Shown here piece by piece: positions 11,608 through 22,288 of a stretch of 64,000 nt of DNA (its first letter is position 1; each line of letters opens with the position of its first letter). Location: the IMG/VR virus record IMGVR_UViG_3300033073_001410, positions 1 to 64,000 of that record; one strand, 5' to 3'. Source of the stretch: an uncultured virus (IMG/VR IMGVR_UViG_3300033073_001410). Lineage: Duplodnaviria > Heunggongvirae > Uroviricota > Caudoviricetes. Made by a program: the position numbers and the translations under genes. The notes under the pieces are model-generated. The model was not told the DNA's origin. It made no database searches and saw only the letters and a list, made by a program, of their open reading frames with translations.

Positions 11608-14600
11608 ATGTCCGGAGCTAAACTTTTTGATTTTAACTCTTCCTTTTCTGTAATTAGAACGAATCCGAGACTAACCGGTAACTTTAAGATTACCTTGGAT
11701 TCAGGCGGGAATATTGCGTTTAACTCTATGAACGTAAATAATATTCTAAGCAATGATCGCTATAAAAAATTCAACATTACGGGTGAAAATAGCTTTGCCC
11801 AGGACATTTATAACTACTTTAATGAAGGGAATCTTTCCAATGAAATAATATTCCAAATTGGTGCATTTACTAATGGCCAATTCCAAGCAGCTACTAAATT
11901 TGATGAGCAGTATGACTTCTTCTATGGTAGTGGAGCAGCATCTTTCCCTGATAAGAATTACCAGGAAAACTTTAGCTATTTTGCTCCCCTATGGGTAAAA
12001 AATGAAATACCTGATTATTTCGTAGTCCTAAAGGTCCCAAATCCTCTTAATTATCCATATTCTACCAATCAGACGGTAATATCACCAGGTACTAAATATA
12101 AGGTTGTCCAGAATTATACCAGTTCGGGAAATTTTGTAGTATCTTATGGGGTTAACCAATCAGGTAACCCGGTTCAATATTCTGACGGTGACATATTTAC
12201 TGGTAATAATCAAGCTACAACTTATACCGTTATTAGCGGGAGCGGATCTGTTGTTATTTTTGATGAATTGGCTAATCTTAGTTTAGTTAATGACGTAGAA
12301 AATACATTTAAGAACAAAATACTTCCTAATTGCTCAGTAGTTAAAACCTATGATTTAACAGAGAATAGCCGAATTGGTAAATATATTAGGAAGATATTTA
12401 ATGACGCAAATTTTTCAAATTCTCCATTAGAGATAAGCTGGGGTCCTAACTCATATAGCTATTATAGAGGAATCTCTGTTGCTGATGGCGTATTTACAAA
12501 AAAGGGAGAGATACTTTCATCATATCTTACTAAAGACGATTCAGATTCAATGATAGATTTTGAATCTTACATTACTAATGGATTCTACCGAAATAATATC
12601 ATTTGTCCAAATCTTCTAAATATGGAGTTTTTGTTCGATGATCCGGATTCTGATGATTATACCATCAATAGATACATGGGATTCTATGTCTCCAGAAATG
12701 ATATAGCAAATCTCCGACTAAATGGGGATTTCTTCTATGAGTATCGAGATTTGGACGGTAATAATGATCTACCTAAACCAACTAGAAATGAATTTGGATA
12801 TTATTACGATACAACACCCTACGGAGTAACCTCAGATAGTGGGATCAGACTTTTTTACGAAAATGCTTCTGGATATCTTCCAGGATCAGACGATGTCAAT
12901 TTATATGATCCGAATAAATTGTTTTATCTTACCGATAAGAATGGGAATTTCTATAGTCTTAAAAGAGATGAAGGATACACTTCACCAGGAGGTAATTCAC
13001 CAGATTATACGTATGGGCCATTCGATTACGTCACCGGATCTTTTTCTGCTACCGGATCAACAGGAGCTACCTCGGGATCTTTAGTTATTAGTAACACTGA
13101 GACCAATCTACTTAATTTTACTGGAATTAGCGATAAGATAGCTAGTATACCAGGAAGCACCCCATCGAGTGCGGGTAGATCTTATTTGGAGGTCGAATTT
13201 GCTAAATCTTACGATCTCTCCAGTCAGATAACTTTTAAGATATACTGGCCTAACGGGTCATATAAAGAAGGGTCTAGAAGATATGATTTAATCCAGTCTA
13301 ACGATCTTTCTTCTATTATCCAATGGATTGATGGATCTTACTACAGTAGCGGCAATACACACTTCTATAATCCAATTGCTTCTGACACCTCTTCGATTGC
13401 CTTGTCTTTTTCTAACTTAGCAGATGCTGTAAATTCAGCAACTTGGGACGCAGGAACTAATTTATCATCCGCTGTGATTAGACTTAAGGATTATGGAACA
13501 TACGGGAATGAATCTTATAGCATTAGTGTTTTTGATAACTATAGCTATTTCGAGAATAATTTCCAGAAGGAATGGAATAATTCATCAGCATATTCTTTGA
13601 ATAATATAGTTATTTATAACGGGTATTATTATAAAGCAAACACCGCTATATCTGTTCCAACCCCAGGTACATTTAATGATTCACCAGATACTTCCAGTGA
13701 CTGGAATTTATATTTCACATTTTCTAGCACCGGGTACATTAAAGTTAACGGAGTGGATGCTTCCAACTTAAGTGGAATAGTTTATTTCGAAGGAGGAACA
13801 AGGTTACCGAATAATCGAATTCTTTTCCCATCAAACTATGAAGGGTTTGTCAATGATGGAGATTTTATTCTTACTAAGACTGGAAAGACTAAAATTAAAT
13901 CTGTTGGTCGATATGTTGACGATCCCGTAATAGATAGTGATACCAAAAAAGTAACTGGATTTAATAACTTTACCTACTCTAGAGTAGCTGTCCTGGAGGA
14001 CGAGAATGCTGAAGTTGATTTTGGATCTGATAAATCATTTAACGTATATAAATCTGCTAGTTTATATCTAGGTGTATTCAGTTTCTTTGACACTAAAGAA
14101 TTTGATTTTGATTTCTTTAGTTCTAACTATGGGTACACTCCTACATCTGAAACATATAAGTACTTCCAGATTCAGCCCGGTGCTTCCGGATCTATTCTAC
14201 CGAATATACCTTACATTATAAAACAAGGGCAGGTATCATACAATGGTACTTTATATTCGCAGGGAAGTATATTTTACGGAGCTACTGGATTTGGATTTTA
14301 CGTTAACGCAAATCCTAATCAGAATGATCCGGTTGTTGTTTTTCCAGCTGAATATTCTAAAATAAATTATAGCTCAACCCCAACCAATTACTCTACTATT
14401 GACTATAATGACGATTTAAATGCCTTTAACGGATTCATCGGAATACAAGGACTTGATAGTAACCCTTTGTCTAGTACTGCAACTAAGCTCAATGTTTTCA
14501 ATAAAGGAAAATTAAATAACGAGTACGACTATCTGGAGGAGAATTATACACCGACAAGATCGAACGTTTCTAGAATAGTTCCATTTATAAATAAATGGGG

Positions 14601-17094
14601 ATATTCATCAGGAACTGATGCTAGAGGTAACTTATACCGATTAAATTCAAGTCCAGCTTTTACTCCAACTAACTTTTCTCCTAGCTTAGATAGAGATACA
14701 TCGGATCCTAGGTATATTACACATGAATGGCTTCTGTTGGAATCCCCACCTAGACAATTTCCTGTGGATGAAATGCAGGATCAAAATAGCTACCTGCCAG
14801 GAAAAGTCGATTTAAATAAAGCTAGAAGCGCAGATCCTGCCGACTATCTATATCTTTCATCGTTTTTTACTGTCGAGCCATCCGATTATAGCAGTCAGTA
14901 CGAGGATCTTTCTTCTTACACTAAGGAATTATTTACCCCATTTGTTTATAATGAATCTACAGGTTTTTATGAAACCCTTTTCCGAGGAATTAAAATAGTT
15001 CTTAAAAAAAGATCCGGATTAACCGACACCGAATCCGATTCATTAGATAGGTACATTCCATCGTATAGAGGATATGAAAAATATAAATTTTCTGCAGTAA
15101 TTAGAGTTGTAGAAGAGGATGATTCAATAATACAAGAGCCAGTAACATACGAGATTATTGAGAATACCCAACAACAGTTTATCTTATTTGTCTGCTATGT
15201 ATTAATGGGTGACTATAAATCTATGACACTCGGTCACACTGGATCTACCGGCGGTGATCCTATTCTAGATTACACTCTTCTATATTCTCTCAGCAACAAA
15301 GAAAAATTGACATATCCGCTTAATAACGGGGATAGGTATTATTCGGTTGATGATATAAAATTAAGCTGTGGCTTGGATTTATCTCTTGCTTCTGGAAGTA
15401 TAGTTAACCAAACATTATATCCAGGGATAATTTATTCTATAGAGAATCCTTTGTATGATACAGATTTAAGGGAAGAAATTAGGGTTTATTATAATCCTAA
15501 TTCACCAGGTGCTACTTCAGGTCCTTCCCCTACTGGTAAGGGTAGTTTTTACGTTACTGATTTGGCAACTACATATCCTTGGCCTACTGGAGTTGCTAAG
15601 GACTTTCTTGAATTTGGAAAGGTTGCTACAGGATCTGCCCCTTATACTTTCACGGTTCCTTTTTCTACTTCTTCACCGGTAACTGTTCCTGTTGGACCTT
15701 CTTCGGTATATAAGGGAGAACCAGTATTTCAAGTAGAAGGAGGTGAAGGATATTATGATTTTATTTTAAAGAGAACATCGGCAGCAGATATAGCTAAGAG
15801 AGTTAATGAGGGATCACCATATATTACCTATAAGACTTACACTTGGAATACCTCTACTTTAACTACTGATATTTCGGATAACTCTTTTGAACTTTATTTG
15901 CAAAAACCGACTAGAGTGATAAAAGATAGAGGATCAAGAGCGGTTAAGTTTTTCGGAGGACCTATGACGGTGGGTGATTATAATCCAACATCGTACATCA
16001 TAGAAAAGAATCAAAATCTTCCATCGACTCTTCTAAGATATTCAGGAGGATATTCTCCTTTATTTAGAAAAATCTTACATTTTGATAGAGATAAAACTGA
16101 CACTTTATACGGTGACAATTCTATAGATCTATCATTCAGAAATTGTAATTTTGCTCCAAATAAGAAGTACTTTGGTATTTCTAGAAATCTACCTTTCACT
16201 AAAGTATCACTGACTAATAATATTCTGAATCCGGTTGAAAAATTACCAGAGGGTGCAGTTTATCCTCTAGTTGGACAGAGCCCTATATCTATAAAGGACT
16301 TCAATATATTTTCATCATCTTGGGATCCTGGATATTATCAGAGATTTTTAAATCCATCAAATTTTGTTTATGTAGCTGGTACTAGATCAATGAAGGAATA
16401 TAAGACATTCCTGGGATCTAAAATCATGAAAACCCCTGATGTCCTTTCTTTTGGTAATTACATAACGCTTCAGATATCCAGAGATAATGGAAATGTCAAT
16501 TCGAATGCGATAAATCAGAGCATATCTAGCTATATTAAATCAGTACAGGAGATCACACCAGCTAATTCCACACAGGAGATTGGATCCGTTGGACCTTATC
16601 TATCGGGGGTAGATTACGATAAGTTAGATCCTAGTATATTCAAGGACGCAGAGATTATTTGGCAATACTTTCCGCTTTCTAATCAAGTAAGAGGTACAAT
16701 AAGATTGGACAGAATTCTGAGAAGATATCTTTTAAACTCTGGTATAAAACAAGTTTTTATTGACAATATAATTTCAGAATTTGGTGTGGGAGACCCTGAT
16801 TCAATAAATGATGACGTTAATAACTATATAGATCTGAATGTTCTCCCTCTATATCAGGGTAATTCTTTAGATCTTTTTGTTAGCAAAAGCACCGAGAATA
16901 ATAATGGATTTTATAGCGACAATCTCTTAGTTAGAGGAGACATCTCAGCTTCTAATAGGTTCCAGCTTGGATTTTTTCCCGACCCCAATTACAAACTAAC
17001 TAAGCAAACAAATTTAATTTATAACTTCGAATACAATCTGGAAGGAAACTATAACTATTCTATGTTGTTTAATCTTGGAGTAAATAAAATATAA
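11608..17094 (+). CDS. Very large putative virion structural (baseplate/tail) protein
   Basis: 1828 aa; contains a short carbohydrate-binding-like motif WNNSSAYSLNNIVIYNGYYYKA; operon context. Confidence 0.5.
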   Translation: MSGAKLFDFNSSFSVIRTNPRLTGNFKITLDSGGNIAFNSMNVNNILSNDRYKKFNITGENSFAQDIYNYFNEGNLSNEIIFQIGAFTNGQFQAATKFDEQYDFFYGSGAASFPDKNYQENFSYFAPLWVKNEIPDYFVVLKVPNPLNYPYSTNQTVISPGTKYKVVQNYTSSGNFVVSYGVNQSGNPVQYSDGDIFTGNNQATTYTVISGSGSVVIFDELANLSLVNDVENTFKNKILPNCSVVKTYDLTENSRIGKYIRKIFNDANFSNSPLEISWGPNSYSYYRGISVADGVFTKKGEILSSYLTKDDSDSMIDFESYITNGFYRNNIICPNLLNMEFLFDDPDSDDYTINRYMGFYVSRNDIANLRLNGDFFYEYRDLDGNNDLPKPTRNEFGYYYDTTPYGVTSDSGIRLFYENASGYLPGSDDVNLYDPNKLFYLTDKNGNFYSLKRDEGYTSPGGNSPDYTYGPFDYVTGSFSATGSTGATSGSLVISNTETNLLNFTGISDKIASIPGSTPSSAGRSYLEVEFAKSYDLSSQITFKIYWPNGSYKEGSRRYDLIQSNDLSSIIQWIDGSYYSSGNTHFYNPIASDTSSIALSFSNLADAVNSATWDAGTNLSSAVIRLKDYGTYGNESYSISVFDNYSYFENNFQKEWNNSSAYSLNNIVIYNGYYYKANTAISVPTPGTFNDSPDTSSDWNLYFTFSSTGYIKVNGVDASNLSGIVYFEGGTRLPNNRILFPSNYEGFVNDGDFILTKTGKTKIKSVGRYVDDPVIDSDTKKVTGFNNFTYSRVAVLEDENAEVDFGSDKSFNVYKSASLYLGVFSFFDTKEFDFDFFSSNYGYTPTSETYKYFQIQPGASGSILPNIPYIIKQGQVSYNGTLYSQGSIFYGATGFGFYVNANPNQNDPVVVFPAEYSKINYSSTPTNYSTIDYNDDLNAFNGFIGIQGLDSNPLSSTATKLNVFNKGKLNNEYDYLEENYTPTRSNVSRIVPFINKWGYSSGTDARGNLYRLNSSPAFTPTNFSPSLDRDTSDPRYITHEWLLLESPPRQFPVDEMQDQNSYLPGKVDLNKARSADPADYLYLSSFFTVEPSDYSSQYEDLSSYTKELFTPFVYNESTGFYETLFRGIKIVLKKRSGLTDTESDSLDRYIPSYRGYEKYKFSAVIRVVEEDDSIIQEPVTYEIIENTQQQFILFVCYVLMGDYKSMTLGHTGSTGGDPILDYTLLYSLSNKEKLTYPLNNGDRYYSVDDIKLSCGLDLSLASGSIVNQTLYPGIIYSIENPLYDTDLREEIRVYYNPNSPGATSGPSPTGKGSFYVTDLATTYPWPTGVAKDFLEFGKVATGSAPYTFTVPFSTSSPVTVPVGPSSVYKGEPVFQVEGGEGYYDFILKRTSAADIAKRVNEGSPYITYKTYTWNTSTLTTDISDNSFELYLQKPTRVIKDRGSRAVKFFGGPMTVGDYNPTSYIIEKNQNLPSTLLRYSGGYSPLFRKILHFDRDKTDTLYGDNSIDLSFRNCNFAPNKKYFGISRNLPFTKVSLTNNILNPVEKLPEGAVYPLVGQSPISIKDFNIFSSSWDPGYYQRFLNPSNFVYVAGTRSMKEYKTFLGSKIMKTPDVLSFGNYITLQISRDNGNVNSNAINQSISSYIKSVQEITPANSTQEIGSVGPYLSGVDYDKLDPSIFKDAEIIWQYFPLSNQVRGTIRLDRILRRYLLNSGIKQVFIDNIISEFGVGDPDSINDDVNNYIDLNVLPLYQGNSLDLFVSKSTENNNGFYSDNLLVRGDISASNRFQLGFFPDPNYKLTKQTNLIYNFEYNLEGNYNYSMLFNLGVNKI

Positions 17095-17097
17095 GGC

Positions 17098-18654
17098 ATG
17101 CCAATAACTAATATTCAGTACATAAATAACGGTGATGATGAATCGGAATTTATCGATAAGGTAAATCATAACTTCGATGAAATAATAGAAGCACATGGCG
17201 GATCACAGGGACTTGTTGGTCCAACTGGATCTATAGGTGCTATTGGTGATACTGGTATCGTTGGTCATACTGGAGTATCAGGTCCAAGAGGGACTAGATG
17301 GTTTGCTCAGTCTACACAGCCATTCGGAACTGGTAATACAGTAATGGAGGGAGATTTTTGGGTTGATACATTAACCGGAGAAATATATGAATTCACGGAT
17401 TCAGGATGGACAGATACTGGCTATTCGCTGAATTCGGGTTCTTCTATTTTCACGACAGTACAGTCATCGTTAATCAGTGGGGGTACGGGAAGTTCGGTAT
17501 TATTAAATCAGGTTTTACCTGTCGACTATGTTTTTGTTTTAGCCGATGCAACTAATTCATCCGGTATTTTGAATGAAAATTTATCTAAGTTCGTAATTTC
17601 TACAGATACCACAGTTAATGATTCTCCTATTTTAGAATTCTCTAGAACTGATTTAGAGGACGGGACAATATCTGATTATTCTTTGCATCCGACATTTGAG
17701 TGGTTGAATTTTTCTTCTGCAGACACTGGTATTTTATTACAGATACCCGGTGGGGCTTTTTATGTAGGAGCCTCAGGTGGATTTGAATCAATTTCGAATT
17801 CATTAACTGTAACTTCATCGACTAGCTCATTCAATGTTAACTACGGAACTACTTCAGGATCTGGAATTTATGGGACTGGAGGTATTAATTTTAACTCTCC
17901 GAGTGGATCTTTCCATATTATTAGTCCATATTTTAATGTTACTGGTCCTTCTGGGTCTTTGAATAGCCCAGTCGTTACCACCATGAGTGCTTCACCCACT
18001 ATACCTTATTCAATTTACTCGTTATCTTCTGGTACTGGAGATGCTCTCGTTACTACTAGATCGGGTGATTCTTTCAGCAATCTTTCCCATACAGTTTATC
18101 ACGTATCTCTAGAAACTTCCTCTGGAAAGGAATTTTATATTGATACCAAGGGTAAAATAATGACTAAAAAAGTCTATTCACCTATAACCTATTCTAATCC
18201 ATCATCTGCCTCTGCAACTGGAACAATAGGATCAAATCTCGTAAGTTGGTACAATATAACTGCTCATTCTGCTAATACCGGAAATAGATTACTTCTCGGA
18301 AATACTATGGCTTTAACCCCATCGGGTATAACAACGAGTAGCTATATAGGAATAGGTTTATCTAATGTGAATTTAGTCGGAATAGGAACTACTGGTGGTA
18401 TAGAAAATAACGAGTCGATAGATCTCAGCGTATACTTCTCCCCTAATTCTGTCCAAAGCGGGTATTCCGACGGAATAAAATATATTGGAAGATTTACTGG
18501 ATCAGCAGCAGTAACCAATCTAGTAACTCTGCCTTTCAATGCAACTTCTATAGATTTTACTATCTCTAGAGGAGTAACCGGATCCACAACTACGAGTGTT
18601 TATTACAAGGCATATGGATCAGCTGGTGGATCAGGAGGATCTTTTATCCTTTGA
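17098..18654 (+). CDS. Tail-fibre-like protein with collagen-like segment (paralogue 1)
   Basis: GD..E..DKVNHNF anchor, 11 Gly-X-Y triplets, RGTRW..QP..D.W motif. Confidence 0.65.
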   Translation: MPITNIQYINNGDDESEFIDKVNHNFDEIIEAHGGSQGLVGPTGSIGAIGDTGIVGHTGVSGPRGTRWFAQSTQPFGTGNTVMEGDFWVDTLTGEIYEFTDSGWTDTGYSLNSGSSIFTTVQSSLISGGTGSSVLLNQVLPVDYVFVLADATNSSGILNENLSKFVISTDTTVNDSPILEFSRTDLEDGTISDYSLHPTFEWLNFSSADTGILLQIPGGAFYVGASGGFESISNSLTVTSSTSSFNVNYGTTSGSGIYGTGGINFNSPSGSFHIISPYFNVTGPSGSLNSPVVTTMSASPTIPYSIYSLSSGTGDALVTTRSGDSFSNLSHTVYHVSLETSSGKEFYIDTKGKIMTKKVYSPITYSNPSSASATGTIGSNLVSWYNITAHSANTGNRLLLGNTMALTPSGITTSSYIGIGLSNVNLVGIGTTGGIENNESIDLSVYFSPNSVQSGYSDGIKYIGRFTGSAAVTNLVTLPFNATSIDFTISRGVTGSTTTSVYYKAYGSAGGSGGSFIL

Positions 18655-18660
18655 TATATA
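18653..18660 (+). promoter_or_regulatory. Putative late promoter GATATATA
   Basis: Recurrent octamer 18 nt upstream of 18679. Confidence 0.55.
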
Positions 18661-18678
18661 ATATAGTAAAATTAAAAG

Positions 18679-20352
18679 ATGTCTGAACTAAAGCTTCTAA
18701 GAATAGAGGACGGAGATTCTCAAAAGAATATAACCGATAAGGTCAATTATAACTTCCAAGAGCTATTAGCTTATGGTGGAGGTCCTTACGGCAGAATCGG
18801 AGAGGAAGGTCCACAAGGATTTAAGGGATCAATCGGTCCCACTGGATCTTATGGAGATCTTGGACAAAGAGGAACTATCTGGACAGTAGGTCCTTGTCAG
18901 CCTACAAATTCCACCTCTATCAGCAATGACTTCTGGATGAAAACAGATGAGAATAATGCAGTTTACATTTTCTCTAGTTCAGGTTGGTCTCTATATGGGG
19001 TTTATGTTTCAGCTAATGATCTTTTTGATGTTTTAGGACCGATTAGCACCTCTTCGGGGATTTCGTCTAAATATGGATACTTCCTATCATCAGGATCTCC
19101 TATATCTTACACAATGGTACTTAGTGATAGTACGATTGCCAGCGGAACATCAACTTCGCCTAATCCTATACCAAATCCGCAGTATTCTAAGATGGTTATT
19201 TCTATCTATGGGAATGATTCTTCTAAGAATATAATGGAATTTAATAAGAGCGATTATCAATCAACATTATCTTATAATTCAAGCACCCCTAAATTCTACT
19301 GGTTGCAAGGTGCGACATCGGATAGAGGATCATATGGTCTAGGATTCAAAAACGGAGGGAGAACATCAATCAGAACAACCTCCGATATCGTCTTACAGTC
19401 GACCAGTGGATCTGTAGATTTTACTTCAACTGGGATTAATATTAATTCTTCGTCGTTTGGAGATGCTGTTATTTTTAATCTTTCCAACGGAATAACTATA
19501 AATACAGGAACGGGAACAGCTTATTTTTCCACCTCCAATTTTAGTTACGATGGATCTAAATATACCACTTCAACACAAATAAGAACTTTTGGTAATTCAA
19601 ATCTTCCTTCACTTACTATAGTTTGTGATAGATTTTATGATAGCGGGATAAGATATTATTATGCAGGCCCAAGTACTTCTAGCGCTACTCTTATGAGCGT
19701 ATACCAAACCCAGGGAGCAAGAGATATATTTAAAGTCTTTGGTAATGGTGAGATCAGCATGTTTAGAAGAGTAAACACGATCCAAAACAACCAGAATTTA
19801 TCATCAACGGTTAACTCGACAGTTGGTGGTGTTAGTATAGATTGGGTAACTTTAATACCTACTATTGCTACCACGGTTGGAAGTGGTAGTTACATTTGGG
19901 TAAACAGAGGCACCGACATATCAATATCTAAATCTGTAGTTCCAGTTACACAGAGAGGTGTTTGTATATGGGCTCCTGCTACTGGAGGTACCTCGGGCAT
20001 TTATAATAGAGGATGGATGAATCTATTAGAAAATGGGGAGGCTATTACTATGAGGGTACATGCCAACAATCCAGGATCTACTGCTGATGTTTTTAGATAT
20101 GTTGGGTTAAACACATCAGAAAATCAAGGTCTAGCACCGAATAATACAACATCATCTAACTACTCTTATGCAGATCTCAGTGGATCCAGTTTTGTTGGTG
20201 CTTCTACCATAGATTTTACTATAGTTAATATCCAAGGAACGGGTGGAACATCCGGAAACAGAAGATGGTTTAATGTATATTATTCAGCCTGGGGAGGTGG
20301 ATTAACTGGTGCTAAATGTGGAGTACTTTCAACTTATAATGCTACAGCTTAA
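18679..20352 (+). CDS. Tail-fibre-like protein with collagen-like segment (paralogue 2)
   Basis: GDSQKNITDKVNYNF anchor, 11 Gly-X-Y triplets, RGTIW..QP..DFW. Confidence 0.65.
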   Translation: MSELKLLRIEDGDSQKNITDKVNYNFQELLAYGGGPYGRIGEEGPQGFKGSIGPTGSYGDLGQRGTIWTVGPCQPTNSTSISNDFWMKTDENNAVYIFSSSGWSLYGVYVSANDLFDVLGPISTSSGISSKYGYFLSSGSPISYTMVLSDSTIASGTSTSPNPIPNPQYSKMVISIYGNDSSKNIMEFNKSDYQSTLSYNSSTPKFYWLQGATSDRGSYGLGFKNGGRTSIRTTSDIVLQSTSGSVDFTSTGININSSSFGDAVIFNLSNGITINTGTGTAYFSTSNFSYDGSKYTTSTQIRTFGNSNLPSLTIVCDRFYDSGIRYYYAGPSTSSATLMSVYQTQGARDIFKVFGNGEISMFRRVNTIQNNQNLSSTVNSTVGGVSIDWVTLIPTIATTVGSGSYIWVNRGTDISISKSVVPVTQRGVCIWAPATGGTSGIYNRGWMNLLENGEAITMRVHANNPGSTADVFRYVGLNTSENQGLAPNNTTSSNYSYADLSGSSFVGASTIDFTIVNIQGTGGTSGNRRWFNVYYSAWGGGLTGAKCGVLSTYNATA

Positions 20353-20354
20353 AT

Positions 20355-22001
20355 ATGAAATTTAATACTAAATACGTATTCCAGGGAGATTCTAAAAAAG
20401 TTGTTGTAGATAAAATCAACTATAACTTTGATCAGGTACTTTCTTTTGGTGTTGGTCCGGATGGGCATCAAGGTCCTATGGGAGCAACAGGTATATTCGG
20501 ACCTGCTGGAAAAAAAGGAGCAACAGGAACTACTGGTGAAAGAGCCAGTAAATGGGATATTGGGACTAATCAACCATCAGGATCTAATCAGTACGATCTA
20601 TGGATAAAAGATGACGGGGATTTAGATTCTTATAGTGCGACAGGAGCATGGAATTTTACTGGATTTAATTTTTTTAACTCTCTATATTTTAAATCGTATA
20701 ATTGGATACAAGGACCTGCGGGAGTAACTGATAAGTATGTGATAGGATTTAAAGATACACTTAGCGCTTCTAGTTATTCTTTCGTTGTTGCAGACAGTAC
20801 TTTATCTGCAACTAATTCTAATCCAAATAAATCTAAGTTAGTTATTTCTACTGAAGATCAAATACAAAGGCCAATACTTTCTTTTAGTAAAAGTGGATCT
20901 TCTTCTCCTGGATTTCCTTCTTTTTATTGGTCTTCTCTCGGTTCTTCTACCGATTTAACATTTACGTCGAGCGGTAATATAAGTATTATCTCATATCTTC
21001 CACTTAAAGTTACTACAGCTACATCTGGAAGAATTCTATTAGATGCAAACAAGATAACGATTAATTCCCAGTCGAGAGCTAATTTTACCGGAGTTGGTGA
21101 TTTATTATTTAGCACGAATACTACTGTAGGTGGTGGATCATCTTTCAACATTAGTTCTACTTCTCTCGATATTACAACTAGTTCTTTTTACCATAAGTCA
21201 CCTCTTTATATTAGAACCTATAATTTTGGTTTAACTGGAGGATACGCATTAAATTCAGCTCCAACGACAACCTTAGCTAACGGGGGTATTAGACTGGAAG
21301 TATCTGCAGCCTCTGCTAGTAGAATATTTAGAATAAATGACCTGAGCGGATCTTCTGTTTTGTCGGCTAGACCATATTCAAGCACAGCAGGAAATATGGG
21401 ACAAACCTTATTTGGAGCTACTGGTTCGTCAGCAGGTGCAACCGCAGGTCCATACTCATACCATGTATCTAAAGCTAACTTATTGAGAAATTCTACCGTA
21501 AATAGAACCGCAAGAATAGCTAGTTCTAATTGTTCAGGAGCCACTTTTCAAAGAAGAAATGTTTTTGTACTTTCAGCTGATTCTTTCTCAAGTAACGCTA
21601 TTGTAGTAACCCCGACTTCATACACCACTGCCGATGCTGGTGTATATCTGGAGCTTCCGACCTCATATCTAAGTAATTTATCAGGTGTATATTCTTCATC
21701 TTTTAATTATACCTATAGAATAATGCTTAATGATGAAAGTTCGAATCCCCTTACTAGGTATCTTATAGGTATCGTTTATTATTTCTGGACAAGTGCATCA
21801 GCAGGTTGTTACCAGTTTAGAAATTTTAACACTGGATCTGATACGACATGCAGATACGTAGATATAACTTATCTACCCCCTGCAAATACATATAACCAGA
21901 ACCCTAGAATATTCTATAAAACATGTAATGGTACCAGTGGTTACGTGAATCTAGGAAGCGTATATAATATCCAAAGCCCTCCTCTAGAGGAAGAAAGATA
22001 G
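20355..22001 (+). CDS. Tail-fibre-like protein with collagen-like segment (paralogue 3)
   Basis: GDSKKVVVDKINYNF anchor, 10 Gly-X-Y triplets plus ASK, W..G.NQP..DLW. Confidence 0.65.
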   Translation: MKFNTKYVFQGDSKKVVVDKINYNFDQVLSFGVGPDGHQGPMGATGIFGPAGKKGATGTTGERASKWDIGTNQPSGSNQYDLWIKDDGDLDSYSATGAWNFTGFNFFNSLYFKSYNWIQGPAGVTDKYVIGFKDTLSASSYSFVVADSTLSATNSNPNKSKLVISTEDQIQRPILSFSKSGSSSPGFPSFYWSSLGSSTDLTFTSSGNISIISYLPLKVTTATSGRILLDANKITINSQSRANFTGVGDLLFSTNTTVGGGSSFNISSTSLDITTSSFYHKSPLYIRTYNFGLTGGYALNSAPTTTLANGGIRLEVSAASASRIFRINDLSGSSVLSARPYSSTAGNMGQTLFGATGSSAGATAGPYSYHVSKANLLRNSTVNRTARIASSNCSGATFQRRNVFVLSADSFSSNAIVVTPTSYTTADAGVYLELPTSYLSNLSGVYSSSFNYTYRIMLNDESSNPLTRYLIGIVYYFWTSASAGCYQFRNFNTGSDTTCRYVDITYLPPANTYNQNPRIFYKTCNGTSGYVNLGSVYNIQSPPLEEER

Positions 22002-22026
22002 TAAATAATAAAATAAAAAGTTTAAT

Positions 22027-22287
22027 ATGATAAATCTAACATCCCAGGAAAGAGAGAAGATAATGTCACTCTCTAAAGATTTTGTTGAAATTCACCAGGA
22101 GATTATGAAGGTGGAGGAAACTATTAAGGAGATGGAATCCAGAGCATCTTCGCTCGTATCAAAGTTGGATTCTTGTAGAAACGAGGAGTTTCGGTTTGTT
22201 TCTGAATTGTCTGATAAATACGGGGAGGGATCATTAAACCCATTCACTCTAACTTGGGAAATCAAGAAGGAAAAAGAAATTATTTAA
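22027..22287 (+). CDS. Small coiled-coil hypothetical protein
   Basis: 86 aa heptad pattern ending KYGEGSLNP; A-rich start context. Confidence 0.6.
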   Translation: MINLTSQEREKIMSLSKDFVEIHQEIMKVEETIKEMESRASSLVSKLDSCRNEEFRFVSELSDKYGEGSLNPFTLTWEIKKEKEII

Positions 22288-22288
22288 A

